This document shows, piece after piece, positions 48,121-57,884 of a stretch of 64,000 nt of DNA. How positions within the stretch are numbered: the stretch's first letter is position 1; every line of letters begins with the position of its first letter. The position numbers and the translations under genes were made by a program. Source of the DNA: Elusimicrobiota bacterium (GTDB taxonomy: Bacteria > Elusimicrobiota > Elusimicrobia > F11); NCBI GenBank assembly GCA_046153645.1, contig JBJXGI010000042.1:64001-128000 (forward strand), in the 5' to 3' direction. Under the pieces are notes generated by a model. It worked only from the letters and a program-made list of their open reading frames with translations, was not told the DNA's origin and did not search any database.

Positions 48121-49091
48121 TAGTTCCACCATCCATAAAAATTTCGCTGCCAAGCATGATTTTTTAATTGTTCTAAAGTTTTATCCAATAAAAGTTTCTG
48201 AGATGAGACCGCAACATTTTTCTCAACATGTTGAGATTTTCGCATTCCAGGGATAACCGCTGATACCGCTTTATGGGCTAAAATAAATTTAAGCGCCAAA
48301 TCAGTCATCAGTGGTGTGTCGGGATTCAAAAACTCTTTCAACTTTTCAACTCGTTCTACGGTCTGTTTTAAATGATCTCCTTGGAAGTATTGCGCACGAA
48401 AGTCCCCTTTTTCAAATTTAGTTTCAAGATTTAATGTTCCCGTAAGCCCACCTTCATCAAAAGGAACCCGAACAATAACTGCCACCTTATGTTTTTCGCA
48501 TAAGGGGAAAAGGTTTTTTGTCGGAGATTGATCGAAAATGTTAAAAATAACTTGAACAGAATCTATCAGTCCTGAAGAAACCAACTGAAGCGCGGAGTCA
48601 GGATCATGATCATTAATAGAAACACCAAATGCTTTTATTTTTCCGGATTTCTTGAGCTGTTCTACCGTTGTTTTCCATTCGTCTTGATTTAACCAGGCAT
48701 CAGACCACACATGCAATTGAGTTAAATCAAGATAATCGCGCTTCAATTTTTTTAGACTTCTCTCTGTGCAGGATTTTATCCAATCTGCGGGAAAAACTTC
48801 TTTTAAAGGGGTCTTCGGATTTCCAGGCCATTCATCATTTTTCGGAGGGATTTTAGTCGCGATAATGGCAGCTTTTCCTTTCAATACTTGGCCCATTAAC
48901 TCTTCGCTATGGCCATCGCCATACACATAGGCGGTATCAAAAAAATTTATTCCTTTATCCCAAGCCAGGTTCAGAGATTTAGAGGATTCTTGATCATCTG
49001 TTGAACCCCACCAATTTCGACCAATACCCCATCCACCGTATCCAATTTCAGAAATATTCCAATTTGTTCTTCCAAATACTCTTTTATTCAT
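48120..49091 (-). CDS. Aldo/keto reductase
   Basis: GINFFDTAYVYGDGHSEE, IATK, DLTQLH, GVS, VIPGMR. Confidence 0.93.
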   Translation of the reverse strand: MNKRVFGRTNWNISEIGYGGWGIGRNWWGSTDDQESSKSLNLAWDKGINFFDTAYVYGDGHSEELMGQVLKGKAAIIATKIPPKNDEWPGNPKTPLKEVFPADWIKSCTERSLKKLKRDYLDLTQLHVWSDAWLNQDEWKTTVEQLKKSGKIKAFGVSINDHDPDSALQLVSSGLIDSVQVIFNIFDQSPTKNLFPLCEKHKVAVIVRVPFDEGGLTGTLNLETKFEKGDFRAQYFQGDHLKQTVERVEKLKEFLNPDTPLMTDLALKFILAHKAVSAVIPGMRKSQHVEKNVAVSSQKLLLDKTLEQLKNHAWQRNFYGWWN

Positions 49092-49100
49092 TTTAAACCT

Positions 49101-49697
49101 CTATAAAAAAAATGGTTTTATGTGATAACAAAGAGCTAAGGTTAAAGCGCCAAAAAAGGGAATTGTAAAATTGTCATCTAATTTTATAATTCCTTTTTCC
49201 ACCCAAGTAGCAATGATGGCTCCCCAAATAACTCCTGACCATCCATATTCAGGTCTTAATAAAATATATCCAATAAAAAAACAAAGCAAAAAACAGGCAG
49301 CGCTCCCAACAATCTTTTTAGGTGATCTTGGCCATGCTGGACCTTGAAGGCGCTTTCCCACAAGACTCGCAATGGCATCTCCTAAAATCAAATAAAGAAG
49401 AGCACAAACAGCTAAAGAAGGGGGAGGCAATATCACAGAAACCAATAACACGCCTAACAACATCCAAAAAACACCTGTAAAATGTTCGCGTTCATGTTCC
49501 CGAATCAAGGATCCAAAATACTTTAAAAAAAGTGTTCGAAAAAACGTGTTTTTTAACCGAAGGTATTCAATCATAATTTCTGAAAGTAAAACCAATAAAA
49601 TAATAATGATAAAGATATGCCGAGGGCAATAAACCAAACCCAATACATATATAAAGGAAGTAAAATGAAATAATTTTCTTTTAATTTCTGGCCACAT
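49101..49697 (-). CDS. Dolichol/phytol kinase (SEC59/VTE5-like)
   Basis: EIKRKLFH, RE.E, GDAIASLVG, KK..GS, DDNFTIP. Confidence 0.85.
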   Translation of the reverse strand: MWPEIKRKLFHFTSFIYVLGLVYCPRHIFIIIILLVLLSEIMIEYLRLKNTFFRTLFLKYFGSLIREHEREHFTGVFWMLLGVLLVSVILPPPSLAVCALLYLILGDAIASLVGKRLQGPAWPRSPKKIVGSAACFLLCFFIGYILLRPEYGWSGVIWGAIIATWVEKGIIKLDDNFTIPFFGALTLALCYHIKPFFL

Positions 49698-49779
49698 AAT
49701 AGGAAGATTGAGTCAAATCATACCTTTAACGAGTCTAAAAATCAGCTGGTTTACGATGACCCTCAAGTTTTCCCCGTTT

Positions 49780-49823
49780 CTTAACCTCTCCTTAAAGCTT
49801 TCTTAAAGCCTCTGGGTTATGAT
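49780..49823 (+). promoter_or_regulatory. Triple CTTAA direct repeat (11-bp period) plus -10 TATGAT
   Basis: CTTAA at 49780, 49791 and 49802; TATGAT at 49818-49823; SD GGGAGG follows. Confidence 0.65.
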
Positions 49824-49855
49824 GATATTGTAAAGAAACAGGGAGGAACTTAAAT

Positions 49856-50050
49856 ATGGACTCAATACAAGGCTTCAGAGAAAGATTAGCAGCGTTGGAT
49901 ACCATGCTCAATACAATGAAATCCTCGCATGTACGGATACAACAACTAAAAAGAAGCGTCTATGTTTTAAAATCATTACTAAGGGAAGAAAAAGGGATTC
50001 AATCTCCCTATGGACCCGAGACTCCCATCGCTAAGTTTTCTCTACAATAA
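49856..50050 (+). CDS. Small helical hypothetical protein (64 aa)
   Basis: Strong SD GGGAGG, own promoter, fills the intergenic gap. Confidence 0.7.
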   Translation: MDSIQGFRERLAALDTMLNTMKSSHVRIQQLKRSVYVLKSLLREEKGIQSPYGPETPIAKFSLQ

Positions 50051-50078
50051 TTAGTTTTAATTTACATAGAATGAGCTG

Positions 50079-51365
50079 GTGAAAAGAAAAATTCTCTTTT
50101 ACCAGCTCATTTTTTTTCTATGCTCTTTTCTTAGCGCGCTTGAAACAACATCACCCTCACTTAAGGAGCCTCATTTGATTCGCATTCGAGATTTAAGCCC
50201 AAATATCATTATCGATATGCGTTATGCCTCAACAAATAACTTCACCGGCAAAGTTCTTTATGATGCCAATGAATGTTATCTATGTGAACCTGCTGCTCAT
50301 CGTTTAATTCGCGTACAAAAAAAATTAGAAAAAAAAGGACTTGGTCTTAAAATTTGGGATTGTTACCGTCCTTTATCAGTCCAAAAAAAATTGTGGGACA
50401 TTGTTCCAGATCCACGATATGTGGCTGATCCCAAAACAGGATCCAGACACAACCGCGGTGCTTCCATCGATTTGACATTGGTAGATAAAACAGGAAAAGA
50501 GCTTGAAATGCCAACGGCTTTTGACGAATTCTCTGAAAAAGCCCATCGCACTTATATGAATCTTCCTGTATTAGCTCTAAAAAACCGTGAGCTTCTTCAA
50601 ACAGCAATGGAAGCAGAAGGTTTTACAGGATTAGTAACGGAATGGTGGCACTTTGACGACCCGCAGTGGAATCACTTTGCTTTGAGAGATGAGCCCCTCA
50701 GCGACTCCCGACTATTATCCGATCAATATACAACTCATCCTCTCAATGAAAATGTTGAACAACTGGTGGTGGTTGTCACGCCACAGGAAAGTGCCACCCA
50801 GGGGGAATTGAGTCGTTTTGAGAAAATCGAAGGCCAATGGAAAAAGGCAGGGAAAAGTTGGAAAGTAAGTTTAGGTACCAAAGGCGCAAGCAACAAAAAA
50901 ATCGAAGGGGATAAAAAAAGCCCGTTGGGCTTATTCGATATTGGAAAAGCCTATGGAAAAGCGCCCAGCGCCCCTCCTCATTCAAAATGGCCTTATCAAC
51001 CTTTAACAGAAGGATGGGTTTGTGTAGATGACCCTAGATCAACTTACTATAACCAAGTTTTTGACTCAAAAAAAATAAAGAAAAAAGACTGGGGTTCTGC
51101 AGAGAACATGATAAACCAAGGACATTTATATGAATGGGTTATTAATATTGAATACAATACGCCTAACCCCCAACCGCAAAAAGGGAGTTGTATTTTTATG
51201 CATGTCTGGAGAAAAGAAGATTCAGGTACCGAAGGCTGCACCGCTATGGAAAAAAGCCATATCGTTGAACTTCTTCAATGGCTTAAACCGAGCGCAAAAC
51301 CTCAAATTCTTCAAACGACGTTAGAGTCGTATGAATTATTTAGAAACGTTTGGAACCTTCCCTAA
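50079..51365 (+). CDS. Exported D-Ala-D-Ala dipeptidase (M15D, VanX/DdpX-like) fused to a YkuD-like L,D-peptidase domain
   Basis: WDCYRP, SRHNRG..IDL, EWWHF; then EGD.KSP.G, GSCIFMHVW, TEGC. Confidence 0.88.
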   Translation: MKRKILFYQLIFFLCSFLSALETTSPSLKEPHLIRIRDLSPNIIIDMRYASTNNFTGKVLYDANECYLCEPAAHRLIRVQKKLEKKGLGLKIWDCYRPLSVQKKLWDIVPDPRYVADPKTGSRHNRGASIDLTLVDKTGKELEMPTAFDEFSEKAHRTYMNLPVLALKNRELLQTAMEAEGFTGLVTEWWHFDDPQWNHFALRDEPLSDSRLLSDQYTTHPLNENVEQLVVVVTPQESATQGELSRFEKIEGQWKKAGKSWKVSLGTKGASNKKIEGDKKSPLGLFDIGKAYGKAPSAPPHSKWPYQPLTEGWVCVDDPRSTYYNQVFDSKKIKKKDWGSAENMINQGHLYEWVINIEYNTPNPQPQKGSCIFMHVWRKEDSGTEGCTAMEKSHIVELLQWLKPSAKPQILQTTLESYELFRNVWNLP

Positions 51366-53792
51366 TTCGCCTTCAAATCCTTTAGAAATTTTCTCAATGG
51401 CTTCTTCTGCCAAGCGCATCAGCCGCCCGTCACGATCGCCGGTGATTAATTCTTTTAATGCGGGAATACAGCGTTCATCTCCTAACTGTTGAAGAACTCG
51501 AACGGCAGAAATTTGAACCAACAAAAAGGAATCTTGAGTCAATTCACATAAACGTTTTTGAATGCCCATTTCAGGCGTGTTGTATGAAGCCAAACATCGA
51601 ATAGCGGCCATTCTCAATTTATGAGAATGCCCCAACTTTGAATAGGCAAGAAAAGTAGGAATCCATTCTATGGATTTTGTGGCGGCCAAGCCTTCTAATG
51701 CCGCTTGACGAATAACATCGTTCCACGAATTTTTTTCAAGCGCTTCTTTTAAGTATTGCGAACTTTGCGGATGACGAAGTGCCCCCAATGTTCTCAAACC
51801 TTCAGCTTCAGCAAAGTAACTGGCTTCTTTACGATAAGCTTTCGCCACAAAATCACTCACTTCGTAGCTTTTATAGTTTTTAAGCGCCGCGTAAATAGCA
51901 CGCCTTACTTTAGGGTGATCAATCACATCCAAACTGTTCAACAAAACCTTAGAGGACCCTTGGGTTCCAAAACTACTTATAGCGCGAACAATTTCGGCTT
52001 GAACGGCCCAGAATGGTTCTTCCAACAATTGCTGTCGTAAAATTTGGAAAGCATTTTGACTTTTGATATTTCCGAGAGTTTGCGCGGCGTCAAGTCGACC
52101 CAAAATATTTTTATCACATTGAAGTTGCAGCTGCCACATCTTTTCAGATTTTGAAAAATCAACTTTTTTAAGAAATATATGATCAGGATCAAACAAGATC
52201 AACTCTGGTTCTTTTTCGCATTTAAATTTAAAAAGATGCGACTTTTTAGATATGGGCGCTTTTACTCTTTTTTCTTTTGAATTAATGAGAAACAAAAATT
52301 CAGCTGACAAATCAAATAATCCAACTTCAGCGGTTTGGGCCTGTGTTTGCGTGAGCCGAAAAACCATTTCTTTATTTCGACTGTCCCACCAAGACCGTAT
52401 TTTCAACTCTGGGTGGCCAGCTCCAAAAATCCATTGATCAAAAAATTTGCGCATATTTCGACCCGTGGCTTCTTCAATGGCATTAATCAAATCAAGAGTT
52501 TCTACTGTTTTACCTGCGTTTTTTCTTACATAAAGCGCGATGGATTTCCAAAATAGGTCGTCCCCCAAAATTCCTCGCAACATATGCAAAACCAAAGACC
52601 CTTTTTCATATAAGTGACGGTCGAATAAATCAGTTGGGCGTTTAAAAACTTTGGTTGAAATGGGACGACGATAATGTTCTTTATCTTCTTGGAAATAAGC
52701 CTCTGCGTTACCGCGGAGGTGATAATAGAATTCATCATCACCTTTATCGTATTGCTTAAACAACGGGTCAAAATAAGTCGCGAAACTCTCATTTAACCAC
52801 GCATGAGACCAATCTTTACAGGTAAGATAATCACCAAACCACTGATGCGCTAATTCATGAGCCACCAATTCATCGCTATTGTAATCAAGACTTACCCGAG
52901 CGTCTAACAACGCGCTATCGGTTTGGGTCGTAGCAGAGGTGTTTTCCATGCCTCCATAAATAAAATCAGCAGCGGCAATTTGCGCATATTTGGCAAAAGG
53001 ATAAGCGGTCCCAATCTTCTTTGAGAAAAACTCCAACATTTTGGGGGTTTTCCCAAAAGCCCTTTGTGTGTCGGCTTCTCGCCCCTTTTCGCAATAATAA
53101 GTTACAGGAATATGGCGCCATTTGTCTTTAAGTTCAGAAAATCGACCCACAGTGAGCGTCACCAAATAAGTCGCGTGTGGAATATCGTGCCGCCAATGAA
53201 ATACTTCCTTTGATTTAGATTGTGATTTTTTAATGAGTTTTCCATTAGAGACAGCTGTGAACCCATGAGGAACAGTGACAACAATTTCAGTGGTGGTCCT
53301 TTCATGAGGGGCATCATGACATGGGAACCAATAACGCGCATATTCATCTTCACCTTGAGTCCAAGCCTGCGTAGGATTTTTTGGATAGAACTTATTGGGT
53401 TTAACAAAATAAAGACCCATTTTTGGTTTGGTTACTGAATAATCAATATCAATGGTTACTATGGTTCCCGCTTTAACGGGAGTAAGCGCATTAACTGAAA
53501 TTTTTCCATCTTTATAGCTATAAGTGACTTTTTTCCCATTCCAAAAAATTCTTTCAATCTCAAAATGGACCGCATCAAAAGTCATTATAGAGACCCCATC
53601 AACAATGGCTTTTAACGTTGTTGTGCAACGGCCCCATAATTTTTCTTTATTCAAATCTATCTCAATGGCCAACTTAATGTGTTCAGTATCGAAAGTTCGA
53701 TCAGGAGCGTACGAAGCAGAAGACCCCTTTAAAGTAAAACGGGCATCCCAAGATCCAATTGATTTGCGACAAATATGCTGTTGTGTCATCAT
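51336..53792 (-). CDS. pepN: M1-family zinc aminopeptidase with C-terminal HEAT repeats
   Basis: GGMEN, HELAHQWFGD..WLNES, YEKG; start revised to ATG 53792 behind GAGGAGG. Confidence 0.9.
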   Translation of the reverse strand: MMTQQHICRKSIGSWDARFTLKGSSASYAPDRTFDTEHIKLAIEIDLNKEKLWGRCTTTLKAIVDGVSIMTFDAVHFEIERIFWNGKKVTYSYKDGKISVNALTPVKAGTIVTIDIDYSVTKPKMGLYFVKPNKFYPKNPTQAWTQGEDEYARYWFPCHDAPHERTTTEIVVTVPHGFTAVSNGKLIKKSQSKSKEVFHWRHDIPHATYLVTLTVGRFSELKDKWRHIPVTYYCEKGREADTQRAFGKTPKMLEFFSKKIGTAYPFAKYAQIAAADFIYGGMENTSATTQTDSALLDARVSLDYNSDELVAHELAHQWFGDYLTCKDWSHAWLNESFATYFDPLFKQYDKGDDEFYYHLRGNAEAYFQEDKEHYRRPISTKVFKRPTDLFDRHLYEKGSLVLHMLRGILGDDLFWKSIALYVRKNAGKTVETLDLINAIEEATGRNMRKFFDQWIFGAGHPELKIRSWWDSRNKEMVFRLTQTQAQTAEVGLFDLSAEFLFLINSKEKRVKAPISKKSHLFKFKCEKEPELILFDPDHIFLKKVDFSKSEKMWQLQLQCDKNILGRLDAAQTLGNIKSQNAFQILRQQLLEEPFWAVQAEIVRAISSFGTQGSSKVLLNSLDVIDHPKVRRAIYAALKNYKSYEVSDFVAKAYRKEASYFAEAEGLRTLGALRHPQSSQYLKEALEKNSWNDVIRQAALEGLAATKSIEWIPTFLAYSKLGHSHKLRMAAIRCLASYNTPEMGIQKRLCELTQDSFLLVQISAVRVLQQLGDERCIPALKELITGDRDGRLMRLAEEAIEKISKGFEGELGKVPNVSK

Positions 53793-53892
53793 GTCTGTTT
53801 CATCCTCCTCACCATTTGTTCCATTGAAAGGTACAAAATATAAAATTTTACCCTTGGCAGGGAAACAAAGAAGCCCGTAAACTATAGGCACA

Positions 53893-54453
53893 ATGTCCCG
53901 AAACCTGCTGATACTATTTAGTCTCTTGTTTTTTTCTCTTCCTCCTATAACTCAAGGAGCAGAAAAGAGAACACATAAATCAATTCATATAAAAAAACTA
54001 ACACAACAAATAAATTTCTTTATAGAAAAAAAGAATTATTTAGCAGCACTGAATACCAATTCCCAGCTTCTTAAACTTGATCCAAAAAACCGTTTTGCCC
54101 TTAAGCAGTCAAAATTGTTATCCCAAATTGTTTTTGAAAAAGAACTAAAAAACGCCGCATCAAAAGAAAAAAAAGGGGATCTTGAAGGGGCTCACCTTGC
54201 TTACACAAAAGCACTTTCTATTCAAAATAATGCCACCATCAAGAAAAAGACCGATGAATTAAATAAGTTATTAAAAAGTAAAAAAGAAAAAGAATCTGAG
54301 GCTATATACCTAAAAGCATTAGAAGCCTTTCAAAAAGGCGACACGAAGAAAGCATCTGTCCTTTGCGAACAAGCACTGATTGTTAATCCTAACAACATCT
54401 ATGCCCAAAAAATGTCAGGGAAGCTTAAATTCCGAATTAACCACTCCAAATAA
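53893..54453 (+). CDS. Exported TPR-repeat protein
   Basis: Signal peptide; TPR-like LKLDPKN, Y.KAL, ALIVNPNN. Confidence 0.75.
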   Translation: MSRNLLILFSLLFFSLPPITQGAEKRTHKSIHIKKLTQQINFFIEKKNYLAALNTNSQLLKLDPKNRFALKQSKLLSQIVFEKELKNAASKEKKGDLEGAHLAYTKALSIQNNATIKKKTDELNKLLKSKKEKESEAIYLKALEAFQKGDTKKASVLCEQALIVNPNNIYAQKMSGKLKFRINHSK

Positions 54454-54638
54454 AATATTTTTTGAGGATGCCCATCCTTGCAGAGAAGGGAATTTGGGTT
54501 ATATTTTATATTTCTCAAAACTCGCCATTGACTTCTAGTAAGACATGCCTAATAATCATTAAGGAAATTAGATAATCGCATGGTTGGTAATTTCGTTATC
54601 TATACTTCACGATTAAAAGCTGTAAATTTCGGAGGTCA

Positions 54639-55124
54639 ATGGCAATGCAAAAACAATTATTTGGTTTTTTAAATGTCAAATTCAGGCTAAAAAGAGCGCT
54701 TGTGATATCGGCCGTTCTTTCGATTGTTTTTTTACAAACAAACTGTTATGCAGATGGTGAAATCATAACTTACCCACAAAAACTCGGAGATCCCATCAGT
54801 GCACTTGGTGAAGGTAGTATTAGTAAGTTTGCTATTTTTGATACATGTGACGACGCTATTAAGACTGCCAAGGATTATTATTTCGGTGCGCTTACTAAAG
54901 TAGCGAGAGCTTGTCAGAACCTAGGTGGTCGAACTCAGTGGGGTCCGGAAGTGTTCAACCCGGGTCACAATACTTGTCGACAAGTAGAAGATCGACTTGT
55001 TCATACAAGATCCATAAACGGTACATGCGCAGAAGTTCATGTGGCACCACCGCCACATGACGCGCCAATACAAGATCCGGTAAATCCAATGCCAACACCA
55101 ACGCCAACACCAGAGATGTATTGA
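54639..55124 (+). CDS. Secreted Cys-containing hypothetical protein with Pro/Thr tail
   Basis: SD GGAGG, signal peptide, four Cys in the mature region, PTPTPTP, own terminator. Confidence 0.7.
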   Translation: MAMQKQLFGFLNVKFRLKRALVISAVLSIVFLQTNCYADGEIITYPQKLGDPISALGEGSISKFAIFDTCDDAIKTAKDYYFGALTKVARACQNLGGRTQWGPEVFNPGHNTCRQVEDRLVHTRSINGTCAEVHVAPPPHDAPIQDPVNPMPTPTPTPEMY

Positions 55125-55150
55125 TAAATCAAGTTTTGGTCAATCTTATT

Positions 55151-55198
55151 AAAGGGGAAGAAAAACTTAAATTTTTCTTCCCCTTTCTCTTTTATTTT
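55151..55198 (+). terminator. Intrinsic terminator
   Basis: aaaggggaagaaaaa-cttaaa-tttttcttccccttt then a T-rich tail. Confidence 0.85.
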
Positions 55199-55263
55199 AG
55201 AACACCAAAAATCATAAATCTCAAGGTTTCTATTTTCTAATTTAGTTAAACTTAAACGATCAA

Positions 55264-56643
55264 ATGAAAAATACAGAAAAAAATCACTTTTCGTTGTATT
55301 TCAATTATTTGTTTCTTATCTCATTGGTTTTACTGTTTTCATGGTGCTTTAGTTACGTTATCACTAGACTCCATATTATTCCACTAACTCTACTATTAAT
55401 TACTTTAACCTTATGGTTTATAAAACCTAAATGTGCATTTGGATCAGTCCTATTTTTTGCGCCATTGCTCCCAAACTACCTCCAGAGCCCCTTAATAGAA
55501 GCGCATCTTTTACTTTTGTTTATCCTTTGGATATCTACAAATCAAAAAAAAATTGTCGATCATATGAGCCGTAATGCCATATTAAAATTTCTCACACTAC
55601 TAATTGGATTCCATGTATTTATTTTCATTGTTTTAAACCCTGAAACGGAAAATATTTTAATGAATTGGGTAAAAATTCCTTATTACATTTTTACAGATGC
55701 GGGTTGGGAAAATTTAAGTTTTAGGTTAAGTTTTACTATTCTAGAAATTTACACGCTCATTCTTTTTATTCATTCCACCTTTAACAAAGATGATTTGAAT
55801 TGGATTTCAAAAATTTTAATGGCTTCTTTTTTTATTGTATGTTTAGCGTCAATAAGACATAACAATATCCTCACCAATTGCACTTTTATCTCACCTCGAA
55901 CCATTCGAATTAAAGCTCAGTTTACTCATCCGAATCTACTTGCTTCATATTTGATAATGGTTATTCCCTTATTTTTTAACTGGATAAATAAATTTAAATT
56001 ACTCTATTTCTTATTTTTCACTCTTGGTGTTATTGCGCTTATATTCACTGGATCAATGGGTGGTGCTATTGCCTTTTTCATAGGAATTTTAATCTATTGT
56101 TTGTCTCTTGAAAAATTAAGAAGATCCCATATTTTTAAAATTCTGGTCATTTCTCTTATTTTTATTTTACTCATGATTAGTGGCAAGATTATTCATGAGA
56201 AGATTAAAAGTATTGGGCTTCAATCTGCTAGTCATGGCAGACTCTTTATTTGGCGAAGTGCCTTCTCGAGTATTAAAGAAAACCCCCTATTTGGAACTGG
56301 CCTAGGAACCTCTCATCAATCTATTAAAAAATATTATTTTTATCCTGAGGGAGGAGATCATTTATACCCTCATGCTCATAACATCTACATTGATGCGCTC
56401 CTTCAAACTGGGATATTAGGTGGAATTTTGTCATTCATTCCCTTTGGATATATATTCTGGAAGAAAAAAGGATTATTAAGAGATCAGAACACCTCAATAG
56501 AAAAAGCATTTTTTATTGGACTTATAAGCATACTCATACATAGTATTTTTGACTCAACACCCTGTTTTTTCATTATTTCATTTTTAATGGCTATATTTTT
56601 TTCATTTTTATCCATGAATGAAAAAGTATTCCGGGAATCTTGA
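55264..56643 (+). CDS. O-antigen ligase / O-oligosaccharyltransferase family (Wzy_C) protein
   Basis: F.HPN.LA.YL, TGS.G, GR..IW..A, PLFGTG.G, HAHNIY..G..G. Confidence 0.85.
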   Translation: MKNTEKNHFSLYFNYLFLISLVLLFSWCFSYVITRLHIIPLTLLLITLTLWFIKPKCAFGSVLFFAPLLPNYLQSPLIEAHLLLLFILWISTNQKKIVDHMSRNAILKFLTLLIGFHVFIFIVLNPETENILMNWVKIPYYIFTDAGWENLSFRLSFTILEIYTLILFIHSTFNKDDLNWISKILMASFFIVCLASIRHNNILTNCTFISPRTIRIKAQFTHPNLLASYLIMVIPLFFNWINKFKLLYFLFFTLGVIALIFTGSMGGAIAFFIGILIYCLSLEKLRRSHIFKILVISLIFILLMISGKIIHEKIKSIGLQSASHGRLFIWRSAFSSIKENPLFGTGLGTSHQSIKKYYFYPEGGDHLYPHAHNIYIDALLQTGILGGILSFIPFGYIFWKKKGLLRDQNTSIEKAFFIGLISILIHSIFDSTPCFFIISFLMAIFFSFLSMNEKVFRES

Positions 56644-56692
56644 GATTCGTATTGAAAAATCAAAGCTATTCTAGTACGTTTATAGAACTTTC

Positions 56693-57883
56693 ATGTCAAC
56701 TGAAATACCCCCTACAGCAGTACCAAGAAAAATGGTTCTTATTGTTGATGATGATCTCATCACCAGAGAATTATTCGCTGAATACTTAAGAGACAACGGC
56801 TTTGGAATTGTTTTAGCAGAAAATGGCAAAACCGCCTTAAAACTCATTGATGAAAAACGCCCCGATATTATTCTTTTAGATGTCGTTTTACCTGACATGA
56901 GCGGTTATGACGTCATTAATGAACTAAAAACAAAACAACAAACAGCAAACATTCCTATCATCATGTGCACCGCCAACAACTCCAAACCTGAAGATAAAAT
57001 TAAAGGGTTTAAATATGGAGCAGATGATTATCTGATTAAACCTTTTGAATTAGCCGAACTTCATGCTCGCATGCTGGCTGTGATGAGAAGATCACAAACA
57101 ACAATCAAACCAGAAATGTTGAAAGGAATTTATGATGTACTTTCAAAAAAAAGTGAAGAGGTGCCTCTTGCTAAACCATCACCCGTCACTATTCCTGCGA
57201 ATATAGCAACGCCACCAATAGAAGAAATAACACCTTTTGAAAGTACTCGATCAGAAAAGATTGACACAAAATCTCATCAGAAAAAAATTAATTTATTTCA
57301 CAGAATCTGGGAAATTCTAGTTTCCCCCAAAGAAGTTTTTAAATCTATAAATCCAGAACGAGATTTTTTAATTTCGTTACTAATTGTTTTTTTAACACCA
57401 TTTACGGATAGTTTGGCCCAACTATTTAAAGGAGCGTCTCATTTTGATGCCTGGATTAGTTCAATTTCATTGGGATTGGTTATTAATGCCATTATGTGGA
57501 TTGGAATAGGTGGAATATTAACTTTGGTTCTGCCTTTTTTTGGAAGACACTTAGAAATGAAAGAGGCACTCATCTTATCAGGAATATCATGGGTCCCAAG
57601 ACTTTTAGGCGCAATTTTAACAGCCATTTATGGATCAATACAAATTGTTTCCTATATGCTAGATCGGAAAGATTTTTCTGCAGGTATTGACCTCATTCCT
57701 TACTTGCCAAACAGTTCATGGGTTCAGTTTTTCTCTCAAGTGAGTGTTTTCGACCTCTGGTCGACTTGGCTTATTCTCTTAGGAATGTGGCATATGATCG
57801 ACGAAGATACAGCAAAATGGAATATTGGGACAATTATTATTGGGGTTATATGTTTAGCCTTTGGTACCCTAACAACCTATTAA
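56693..57883 (+). CDS. Response-regulator receiver domain fused to a Yip1-like multi-TM domain
   Basis: LIVDDD, ILLDVVLP, CTA, GADDYLIKPF; Pro-rich linker; IL.SP.EVF followed by about 5 TMs. Confidence 0.8.
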   Translation: MSTEIPPTAVPRKMVLIVDDDLITRELFAEYLRDNGFGIVLAENGKTALKLIDEKRPDIILLDVVLPDMSGYDVINELKTKQQTANIPIIMCTANNSKPEDKIKGFKYGADDYLIKPFELAELHARMLAVMRRSQTTIKPEMLKGIYDVLSKKSEEVPLAKPSPVTIPANIATPPIEEITPFESTRSEKIDTKSHQKKINLFHRIWEILVSPKEVFKSINPERDFLISLLIVFLTPFTDSLAQLFKGASHFDAWISSISLGLVINAIMWIGIGGILTLVLPFFGRHLEMKEALILSGISWVPRLLGAILTAIYGSIQIVSYMLDRKDFSAGIDLIPYLPNSSWVQFFSQVSVFDLWSTWLILLGMWHMIDEDTAKWNIGTIIIGVICLAFGTLTTY

Positions 57884-57884
57884 A

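Noticed and set aside
50079..51365. Vancomycin-resistance cluster
   Set aside because: No vanH, vanA/B ligase or vanRS; the enzyme is exported and fused to a YkuD-like domain.
53793..53891. N-terminal extension of the aminopeptidase ORF
   Set aside because: It covers the divergent promoter region; SD GAGGAGG supports ATG 53792.
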